Positions 53,349 to 61,167 of a stretch of DNA of 64,000 nt are shown piece by piece. How positions within the stretch are numbered: position 1 is the first letter of the stretch; each line of letters begins with the position of its first letter. Both the position numbers and the translations under genes were made by a program. The notes beneath the pieces are model-generated. The model was not told where the DNA came from and searched no databases. It was given only the letters and a program-made list of their open reading frames with translations. The DNA is from Candidatus Multivorans sp. (lineage in GTDB: Bacteria; Acidobacteriota; Thermoanaerobaculia; Multivoradales; Multivoraceae), in NCBI GenBank assembly GCA_965224025.1, contig OZ245033.1, positions 1,280,001 to 1,344,000 on the forward strand, given 5' to 3'.

Positions 53349-53813
53349 TCAGTCCTTGCGCGAAGCCTTGAGAAGCGAGCGGAGTTCCGCCATGAATGCG
53401 TCCACATCCTCGAACTGCCGGTAGACGGAGGCGAAGCGGACGTAGGCCACCTGGTCGAGGGTCTTCAGGCGGTCGATCACGAAGTTGCCCAGCTCCGTGG
53501 TCGCGATCTCACGGTCCTCCTTGCGGTGGAGCAGGGTTTCGGCCTGGTCCACGATCTCCTCGAGTGCGGGCAGAGCTACCGGCCGTTTCTCGCAAGCCTT
53601 GAGCAGTCCGCCCAGGAGCTTTTGCCGGTCGAACTCCTGCCGCCGTCCGTCCGACTTGACGACCCGGTAGGCGATGTTCTCGATCTGCTCGTAGGACGTG
53701 AACCTGCGGTGGCAGTTCAGACACTCCCGGCGACGCCTGACCGTCTCGCCGCCGCGGACGTCTCGCGAATCGACCACGCGATCATGGTTGGCGGCGCAGA
53801 ATGGACATCTCAT
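53349..53813 (-). CDS. nrdR: Transcriptional repressor NrdR
   Basis: MRCPFC, VVDSR, RRRECLNC..RFTSYE, ATP cone, AYVRFASVY. Confidence 0.98.
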   Translation of the reverse strand: MRCPFCAANHDRVVDSRDVRGGETVRRRRECLNCHRRFTSYEQIENIAYRVVKSDGRRQEFDRQKLLGGLLKACEKRPVALPALEEIVDQAETLLHRKEDREIATTELGNFVIDRLKTLDQVAYVRFASVYRQFEDVDAFMAELRSLLKASRKD

Positions 53814-53943
53814 GACCGGGTGCCAGTGCCTGAACGCTACCACTCGACGCCGAGGCGGGCGGCGCGGCGGCGGGCCGCGGCAGCCCCTAACCGGCCTCGA
53901 TCCTGGTCCGCCGGGCGCCGCGCCGTTGTAACATGCGGCACCT

Positions 53944-54984
53944 ATGAGCCGTGCTTTTGACCAGCTCAGTGAGCGCGACCGCGAGATCCTGCGCGAAGTG
54001 ATCGCGACCTACCTGTCCTCCGGTGAGCCGGTGTCTTCGCGGCGGGTCGCGAAGGACCGGCAATTTCAGCTCTCCGCGGCCACGATCCGCAACGTGATGG
54101 CCGATCTGGAGGACATGGGATATCTGCGCCAGCCGCACGTTTCGGCGGGGCGGCTGCCGACTGAAGCCGGTTTCCATCTCTTCATCGATGACCTGATGCC
54201 GGCAGAGAAGGTGAGCGAGGACGATCGCCGGTTGATCGACGATCGGCTGCAGACCGCGGGCGGCACCGGACAGGAACTGACGGAAGAGACCTCCAAGCTG
54301 CTCTCCGAACTCTCCCACCACGTCGGCGTCGTCCTCACCCCCGCTCTCGGCTCCGCGGTGATGCGGGCGATCGAGTTCGTGCCGCTCAGCGGCCGCAAGG
54401 TGCTCTGCGTAGTCGTCGCGGAGAACGGGTTCGTAGAGAACAAGCTGGTGGTCACGGACGAGCTGATCCCGCGCGAAGACCTGGTGCGCATTTCGAACTA
54501 CCTGACCGAGAACTACGCCGGCCGCTCCCTGTTCGAGATCCGCGAGGAACTGCTCCGCATGATGAGCGACGAGCGGGCGCGCCTCGACGAGTTGCTGCAC
54601 CGGGCGATCGAACTGGCCAGGGACGGCATGAACATGGGCCACGCGCCATCGCTCGTTGCCTCTGGAACGAACAGCCTGTTCGAGGCGTCGCCGAGCATGT
54701 CCCGTATCGAGGGCATGTTCCAGATGTTCGCGGAGCGCGCCCGTCTCGCAGGTCTGCTGAACCGCTGTCTCGACGCGGATGGCGTCCGAGTGATGCTGGG
54801 TCAGGATTCGCGGCTGACGGAGGAACTCGGTTTCGGCCTCGTCGTGCGCAGTTACCGGGCCGGGAACGGCGTGAGCGGATCGGTCGCCGTGGTCGGGCCT
54901 TGGCGCATGGAGTACCCGCGCATGGTGCCCCTGGTGAACTACCTCGGCGAGCGTTTGTCCGAGGTCCTGGCCGGCGGTGTCTAG
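53944..54984 (+). CDS. hrcA: Heat-inducible repressor HrcA
   Basis: EPVSSR, SAATIRNVMADLE, PHVSAGRLPT, VVGPWRMEY. Confidence 0.96.
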   Translation: MSRAFDQLSERDREILREVIATYLSSGEPVSSRRVAKDRQFQLSAATIRNVMADLEDMGYLRQPHVSAGRLPTEAGFHLFIDDLMPAEKVSEDDRRLIDDRLQTAGGTGQELTEETSKLLSELSHHVGVVLTPALGSAVMRAIEFVPLSGRKVLCVVVAENGFVENKLVVTDELIPREDLVRISNYLTENYAGRSLFEIREELLRMMSDERARLDELLHRAIELARDGMNMGHAPSLVASGTNSLFEASPSMSRIEGMFQMFAERARLAGLLNRCLDADGVRVMLGQDSRLTEELGFGLVVRSYRAGNGVSGSVAVVGPWRMEYPRMVPLVNYLGERLSEVLAGGV

Positions 54985-55012
54985 CAGCTAGCAGCTAACC
55001 GGAGCGTGAGGC

Positions 55013-55678
55013 ATGACAGTTGAGCCGAAGGAGGGACCTGAGAGTCAGGTTCCTGGACAGGAGAGCCCCGACGGGGAAGCCGGTGGGCCTGCCGCCGGCG
55101 AGTTGCTTGAGGCGGCCGCGGACGAGGGGGCCGCTCCGCCCAGCGTCGAAGTGCAGCTCCGGGAAGAGTTGTCGGCGACCCGGGATCGGCTGCTGCGGGC
55201 TCTCGCCGATCTCGACAACCAGCGCAAGCGGATGGACCGTGAGCGGCAGCAGTTGCGTACGAGTTACGTCTCGGCCCCGCTGCGCGAGTTCCTGGGCGTG
55301 GTCGACAATCTGGATCGGGCCCTTGAGTCCGAAGCCTCGGCAGACGACTTCCGTGCCGGCGTGGAGATGATCCGGCGCCAGATAACGGATCTCCTCCGCC
55401 GTTTCGACGTCGAACCGGTGGAGAGCCTGAACGCGGTGTTCGACCCGAATGTCCACGAGGCGGTTGCCCGGGAGGAGAGCGCGAAGGTCGATCAACCCAC
55501 CGTCGTGCAGGAACTGCAGAAGGGCTACACGATGCGGTCGACGCTACTGCGCGCGGCGATGGTCCGGGTCGCCATGCCGGCAGCAGAGCCGGCGCCGGAA
55601 GCCGCCGCTCCCGAAGGAACCGGGCCTGCGGAGGGCGCCGGGAGCGCATCGGACGCCGCTGCCGGCGGCGGCGCCTAG
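55013..55678 (+). CDS. grpE: Nucleotide exchange factor GrpE
   Basis: LRALADLDNQRKR, VDNLDRAL, FDPNVHEA, QKGY..LLRAAMV. Confidence 0.96.
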   Translation: MTVEPKEGPESQVPGQESPDGEAGGPAAGELLEAAADEGAAPPSVEVQLREELSATRDRLLRALADLDNQRKRMDRERQQLRTSYVSAPLREFLGVVDNLDRALESEASADDFRAGVEMIRRQITDLLRRFDVEPVESLNAVFDPNVHEAVAREESAKVDQPTVVQELQKGYTMRSTLLRAAMVRVAMPAAEPAPEAAAPEGTGPAEGAGSASDAAAGGGA

Positions 55679-55684
55679 TTCGTC

Positions 55685-56902
55685 ATGCCGCGCGACTACT
55701 ACGAGGTCCTGGGCCTCGAGCGCTCAGCCACTCTGCAGCAGATCAAGTCGTCCTATCGCAGGCTGGCGGTGCGGCACCACCCGGACCGGAATCCCGACGA
55801 CGGCGCGGCGGAGGAGAAGTTCAAGGAGGCGGCCGAGGCGTACGCCGTGCTCTCCGATCCCGAGAAACGGCGCCGCTACGACCGCTTCGGTCACCAGGCG
55901 GCGCCGTTGGGCGGCGGCTTCGACCCGACGATCTTCGCCGACTTCTCGGACATCTTGGGCGACGTCTTCGGCTTCGGCGACATGTTCGGAAACCGGGCCG
56001 GGGGCAGGCGCCGGCGAGCCGGGGCGGACCTGCGCTACGACCTCCGGCTCTCCTTCGAGGAGGCCGCCTTCGGCGCCGATCCGAAGCTGCGCATTCCGCG
56101 ACTGGAGCACTGCGACACCTGCGGCGGCAACGGGGCGGCGCCGGGTTCCGGTCCGACCGCCTGCCGCGTCTGCGGCGGCCGCGGCCGGGTCCAGTACAGC
56201 CAAGGCTTCTTTTCGGTGGCCCGCACCTGTCCCGACTGCAGGGGCGCCGGCACCGTGATCCGGGATCCCTGCGCAGGCTGCAGGGGGCGCGGGTTGACCG
56301 AGCGCCAGCGCTCGATCCAGGTCCGCGTGCCGGCCGGCGTCGATAGCGGTTCCCGCCTCCGCCTTCCGGGCGAGGGGGAGCACGGCCGGCACGGCGGCCC
56401 ACCGGGAGACCTCTACGTCGTGATCGACGTCGAACCCCACGAGCAGTTCGTGCGCCGCGGCGCCGATGTCCTCAGTTCGGTCTCCGTCGGTTACCCGCAG
56501 GCCGTGCTCGGCTGCACGATGGAGGTCGAGACGCTCCACGGCATGTCCAGCCTGCGGGTGCCTCCGGCTACGGGGCACGGCGCCACTTTCGTTCTCAGGT
56601 CCCAGGGCATTGCCCGCCTCGACAGCCGTGGACGGGGCGACCACATCGTCGAAGTGCGGCTCGAAGTGCCGGCGCCCAGAGATCTCTCGGAGCGGGCCCT
56701 CGAACACGTGCGCGCGCTCGCCGAGTTGAGCGAGGACGGTAGCGGCACGGCGGACGGCACGGCGAGCGGCACGGTGGGCGCCACGAGCCAGGAAGCGCGG
56801 AGCGTGTTCGACCGGGTCATGGCCTTCTTCTCGGGATCCGGCCGCGAGGCCGGGCCCGCGGCGAGCGACGGCAAGAGGGCGGAGCGGAGTTCCGAGGCCT
56901 GA
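55685..56902 (+). CDS. dnaJ: Chaperone DnaJ
   Basis: DYYEVLG, HPD, four CxxCxGxG repeats. Confidence 0.98.
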   Translation: MPRDYYEVLGLERSATLQQIKSSYRRLAVRHHPDRNPDDGAAEEKFKEAAEAYAVLSDPEKRRRYDRFGHQAAPLGGGFDPTIFADFSDILGDVFGFGDMFGNRAGGRRRRAGADLRYDLRLSFEEAAFGADPKLRIPRLEHCDTCGGNGAAPGSGPTACRVCGGRGRVQYSQGFFSVARTCPDCRGAGTVIRDPCAGCRGRGLTERQRSIQVRVPAGVDSGSRLRLPGEGEHGRHGGPPGDLYVVIDVEPHEQFVRRGADVLSSVSVGYPQAVLGCTMEVETLHGMSSLRVPPATGHGATFVLRSQGIARLDSRGRGDHIVEVRLEVPAPRDLSERALEHVRALAELSEDGSGTADGTASGTVGATSQEARSVFDRVMAFFSGSGREAGPAASDGKRAERSSEA

Positions 56903-56915
56903 GCTGAGCCGGCCC

Positions 56916-57098
56916 GTGATCCAACTGCTGGTCGGCGGCGCCCGAACTCTGGTGGTCGGCCCCGAAGGGGGCTTCAGCGAAGAGGAGATCGAGTGGTTCG
57001 TCGGCCGGGGGGCCACTCTCGCCGACCTCGGCCCGCGCGTCCCGTGCACTGAGACGGCGGCGGTCGCCGCGCTCGCGGTGGCTCTGTGTGCGTCCTGA
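56916..57098 (+). pseudogene. rsmE: C-terminal remnant of 16S rRNA m3U1498 methyltransferase
   Basis: VGPEGGFSEEE..LGPRVPCTETAAVAA only; the N-terminal three quarters are absent. Confidence 0.8.
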
Positions 57099-57129
57099 CG
57101 GCGCTATCCTCCGAACGCTGGAAGCGCAG

Positions 57130-57654
57130 GTGCGGAAGTCGAAGCCAAAACGAGAGCGGAGCCCCAAGTCGGCCTACGACCGGGGGCTGGACCTGCTCGC
57201 GCGGCGCATGCACTTCGCGGCAGAGTTGCGGACGAAGCTCGGCCGCCGCGGCTACGCGGATCCGGAAGTCGACGGCGCGATCGAACGCCTGGTTGCCGGC
57301 GGCTACTTGAACGAGCAGGAGGCCGCGCACATGCTGGTGCGCTCGCTGCAGCGCCGCGGCTACGGCCGGCGGCGGTTCGAACTCGACCTGCGGCGGCGCG
57401 GGGCCGACGCGGTGGCGACGGGCGCCGCCCTCGAGTGCGTGGGCGACGAGGACGAGGTGGAACGGGCGGGTTCGGTGGCCGCGCGCTGGCGTTCGACTCA
57501 CCCCGCGCGTGACGCCGCGGCTCTGGCCCGGCACCTGGAGCGGCGCGGTTTCGCTCCCCGTACTATTGGCGCGGTGCTGTTCGACTCGGCCGATGGGTCG
57601 ACCGAACAAGCGGTCCCGGAGGAAGCGGAGATACAAGGTCACAGGTCATGTTGA
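57130..57654 (+). CDS. recX: Regulatory protein RecX (start uncertain)
   Basis: LDLLARR.H..ELR.KL..RGY, GYLNE, YGRRR, L.RRGF; precedes alaS. Confidence 0.9.
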   Translation: MRKSKPKRERSPKSAYDRGLDLLARRMHFAAELRTKLGRRGYADPEVDGAIERLVAGGYLNEQEAAHMLVRSLQRRGYGRRRFELDLRRRGADAVATGAALECVGDEDEVERAGSVAARWRSTHPARDAAALARHLERRGFAPRTIGAVLFDSADGSTEQAVPEEAEIQGHRSC

Positions 57655-60452
57655 GTCGGGATATCAGGCGGAGTTTCATCGACTTCTACGCCGGCCGCGG
57701 GCACGCGGAGGTGGCGAGTTCGCCGCTGGTCCCGCGGGACGATCCGACCCTGCTGTTCGTCAACGCCGGCATGGTCCAGTTCAAGAACTACTTCCTCGGA
57801 CTGGAGCAGCCGGACTCGCCGCGCGCGGTCACCTCCCAGAAGTGCCTGCGGGTGTCGGGCAAGCACAACGACCTGGAGAACGTCGGGCCGAGTCCGCGGC
57901 ACCACACGTTCTTCGAGATGCTGGGGAACTTCTCGTTCGGCGACTACTTCAAGGAAGAGGCAATCAGGTCAGCCTGGGAACTGGTCACCGGCGTGTGGGG
58001 GTTGCCGCCGGCGAATCTCTTCGCCACCGTGTTCCGGGAGGACGACGAGGCGGCGGACCTCTGGGTGCGGCTGTCGGGATTGCCGCCGGAGCGGGTCCTG
58101 CGCTGCGGCGAGAAGGACAACTTCTGGGCCATGGGCGACACCGGGCCCTGCGGTCCGTGCAGCGAGATCTTCGTCGACACGGCGCCGGACCTGCCCGAGG
58201 TCGGCTGGGAGGAAGGGAACGACTCGGGCCGCTATCTCGAGATCTGGAACCTGGTCTTCATGCAGTTCGAGCGCCGCGAGGACGGCCGGAGCGAGCCGTT
58301 GCCGAATCCGTCGATAGACACCGGCGCCGGTCTGGAGCGCGTGGCGGCGGTGCTCCAGGGCCTGGAGTCCAACTACGACACGGACCTGTTCGGCCCGATT
58401 CTTCGCGCGGTCGCGGCGAAGGCCGGCCGCGAGTACGGCCGCGACCCGGACGCCGATGTCTCGCTGCGGGTGATCGTCGACCATCTGCGAGCGGTCGGTT
58501 TCCTGCTCGCCGACGGCGTGCTGCCGAGCAACGAGGGCCGCGGCTACGTGCTGCGGCGGATCCTCCGCCGCGCGTCGCGCCACGGCATGATGAAGCTGGG
58601 CTTCGATGAGCCGTTCCTGGCGTCGCTGTTGCCCTCGCTGGAGGAGGCGTTCGCCGGCCATTATCCGGAACTGGAAGCGGCGCGGGAGTCGTCATCAGCG
58701 ACGGTGACCGCCGAGGAGATCCGGTTCCGTCAGACCATGGCGGTGGGGGCCGGCAAGGTCCAGCAGGCGATCGAGGAGGCCCGGGCCGGAGGCCGGTCGG
58801 TGCTCGACGGCGAGGCGACGTTCCGCCTCTACGACACCTTCGGCCTGCCGATCGAGACGGTGCGGGAGATCGCCGAGGAGGAGCAGTTCGGGATCGACGA
58901 GGCGGGGTTCGAGGCGGCGTTGGCGGAGCAGCGGGAGCGGTCGCGGGCGGGACGCAAGCAGCTCGACGTGGGGAAAGCGCTCGAGTCGCAGCTGAGGCAG
59001 GCGACCGAGTCGCTACGGCGGAAGGCGGAGGAGACCGGGAAGGTGGTCAAGTCGTTGGCGAGGCAGATCGACTCCAGCCTGTCGCCAACTGAACTGGCGC
59101 AGGCAAACGGTTCGGACTCAACAGAGATCAAGAGTCGGCCGGAGAGAGGATTCGTCGGCTACCGCGATCTTGAAGTCGAGGCAAGACTTCTCGGCCTGAT
59201 CGAGACCAGTGGAGAAGAGCCGCAAGGGGTCGAGAAGTTGACTGGCCCTGGCTTCGCAGTCTTCGATCGCACTTCCTTCTACGCGGAGGCCGGCGGACAG
59301 GTCGGAGATGTGGGCCAGGTGAGTTGGGATGGCGGCGAGGCCCGAGTTCTGGACACTCGAAAGCAGGGCTCCGTCAGCGTCCACCAGATCGATGCAGCCC
59401 AAGGCGTGCTTGAAGTCGGCACAACCGTTCGACTCCGGGTCGACCGCCAACGCCGGGAATCCGCCCAGCGACACCACACCGCCACCCACCTGCTCCACGC
59501 TGCTCTCCGCCAGCATCTCGGCACGGGCGTGCGCCAGGCCGGTTCCCTGGTACACCCCGATCGGCTCCGCTTCGACTTCACTCACGGCGCCCCGGTCACC
59601 GAAGAACAACTGGAGGCGATCGAGGACACGGTCAATGAATGGGTGCGGCGGGCGGTGAAGGTCCGGATCAAAGAACGTTCTTACGAGGACGCAGTGGCGG
59701 CCGGTGCGATGGCTCTGTTCGGCGAGAAGTACGGCGACCGGGTGCGCACCGTCGAGGTCCGCGCAGGCCGGGAAGACGACGCTGCCGTATTCAGCCTCGA
59801 ACTCTGCGGCGGCTGTCACGTCGGGAACACGGGCGAGATCGGCCCCGTGACCCTGGTCGGCGAGCGCGGAGTGGCCGCGGGGGTGCGGCGCATCGAGGCG
59901 CTGGCGGGCGACCGCGCGGAGCGCCTGCACCGCGACCGGGCGCATCTGCTGTCGACGCTGGAGTCGGAGATCGGCGCTGCCGGAGAGCAGGCCGCGATCG
60001 AAGTTCGTGCCCTCAAGGAGCGGCTGCGGGAGGTTGAGCGCGAGTTGTCCAGACTCCGTCTCGGGCTGCTGGCCGGCGACGGGAAGCCGGAGCGCGGGCA
60101 ACCGGCGGACGGCGACACCCGCTCGATCCGGGGCGTCGACGTCGTGCTGCGCGAAGTGCCGGCCTCGAACGTGGGCGAACTGCGGAGCCTCGCGGACGTG
60201 CTGCGGAGTCGCCTCGGTTCAGGCGTGGTCGTGCTCGGCGCGCGGAACGAGGGCAAGGTGAAGCTCGTCGCCTCGGTGACCCAGGACCTCCAGGACCGGG
60301 TCGATGCGGCGGCAGTGGCGCGCGCGATGGGTTCGGCGATCTCGGGCAGCGGCGGCGGCCGCCGGGACTTCGCCCAGGCCGGGGGCCGGGCCGAGGATCT
60401 CCTTCCCGCCTTCGCCGCCGCGGAGCGGCACATCGAAGACAGTCTGAGCTAA
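57648..60452 (+). CDS. alaS: Alanine--tRNA ligase
   Basis: DPTLLFVNAGM, HHTFFEMLGNFSFGDYFK, HTATHLL, ELCGGCHV, GGGRRDFAQAGG. Confidence 0.99.
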   Translation: MLSRDIRRSFIDFYAGRGHAEVASSPLVPRDDPTLLFVNAGMVQFKNYFLGLEQPDSPRAVTSQKCLRVSGKHNDLENVGPSPRHHTFFEMLGNFSFGDYFKEEAIRSAWELVTGVWGLPPANLFATVFREDDEAADLWVRLSGLPPERVLRCGEKDNFWAMGDTGPCGPCSEIFVDTAPDLPEVGWEEGNDSGRYLEIWNLVFMQFERREDGRSEPLPNPSIDTGAGLERVAAVLQGLESNYDTDLFGPILRAVAAKAGREYGRDPDADVSLRVIVDHLRAVGFLLADGVLPSNEGRGYVLRRILRRASRHGMMKLGFDEPFLASLLPSLEEAFAGHYPELEAARESSSATVTAEEIRFRQTMAVGAGKVQQAIEEARAGGRSVLDGEATFRLYDTFGLPIETVREIAEEEQFGIDEAGFEAALAEQRERSRAGRKQLDVGKALESQLRQATESLRRKAEETGKVVKSLARQIDSSLSPTELAQANGSDSTEIKSRPERGFVGYRDLEVEARLLGLIETSGEEPQGVEKLTGPGFAVFDRTSFYAEAGGQVGDVGQVSWDGGEARVLDTRKQGSVSVHQIDAAQGVLEVGTTVRLRVDRQRRESAQRHHTATHLLHAALRQHLGTGVRQAGSLVHPDRLRFDFTHGAPVTEEQLEAIEDTVNEWVRRAVKVRIKERSYEDAVAAGAMALFGEKYGDRVRTVEVRAGREDDAAVFSLELCGGCHVGNTGEIGPVTLVGERGVAAGVRRIEALAGDRAERLHRDRAHLLSTLESEIGAAGEQAAIEVRALKERLREVERELSRLRLGLLAGDGKPERGQPADGDTRSIRGVDVVLREVPASNVGELRSLADVLRSRLGSGVVVLGARNEGKVKLVASVTQDLQDRVDAAAVARAMGSAISGSGGGRRDFAQAGGRAEDLLPAFAAAERHIEDSLS

Positions 60453-60464
60453 CTGGAGAACGGG

Positions 60465-61082
60465 ATGGCGACCGAGCGCGAAACCGACCGCGAGCCGCCG
60501 GCGGCGCCGTCCCTTCGGGCCGGCCTGAATCTGCCGAACGCGCTGACTCTCAGCCGCATCCTGATCGTCCCGCTCTTGGTCGTGGTTCTGCTGACCAAGA
60601 CAAGCGGCTGGCAGTTCATCGGCCTCGGTCTGTTCCTGGTGGCGTCCCTGACCGACTTCCTCGACGGCTTCCTAGCCCGCCGCCGGAAGCAGGTGACCGC
60701 GCTCGGCAAGCTGCTCGACCCGGCGGCGGACAAGATCCTGACCTCGGCGGCGTTCATCTCCCTCGTCGGCCTGGGACTGGCGCCGGCCTGGATGGTGGTC
60801 GTCGTGGTGGCCCGGGAGTTCGCGGTCTCGTCGCTGCGCTCGCTTGCCGCGGCCCAGGACGTGGTCCTGGCCGCGAGCTTTGCCGGCAAGGTCAAGACGA
60901 CGACCCAGATCGTCGCCATCTCGCTGCTGATCATCTCGGACCAGTTGGGCGCCCTGAACCTGCTGGCGCCGGTCGCGCTGTGGGTGGCGCTTGCCGCGAC
61001 GCTCTACTCCGGCGTCGAGTACTTCGTGCGCAACGGTCGCACCGTGCTGATGGCGTTCGGCGGAGCGCCGCGCGGACGATGA
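60465..61082 (+). CDS. pgsA: CDP-diacylglycerol--glycerol-3-phosphate 3-phosphatidyltransferase
   Basis: NLPNALTLSR, TDFLDGFLAR, GKLLDPAADK, GKVKT. Confidence 0.95.
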   Translation: MATERETDREPPAAPSLRAGLNLPNALTLSRILIVPLLVVVLLTKTSGWQFIGLGLFLVASLTDFLDGFLARRRKQVTALGKLLDPAADKILTSAAFISLVGLGLAPAWMVVVVVAREFAVSSLRSLAAAQDVVLAASFAGKVKTTTQIVAISLLIISDQLGALNLLAPVALWVALAATLYSGVEYFVRNGRTVLMAFGGAPRGR

Positions 61083-61167
61083 GCGCGAACTCGCCGGCCC
61101 GGCCGCCATCCCTGGCGCGGCGCCGCCCGGCGGTCGCTGACCTCTCCGGTTGCGGCGGGCTTCGATC

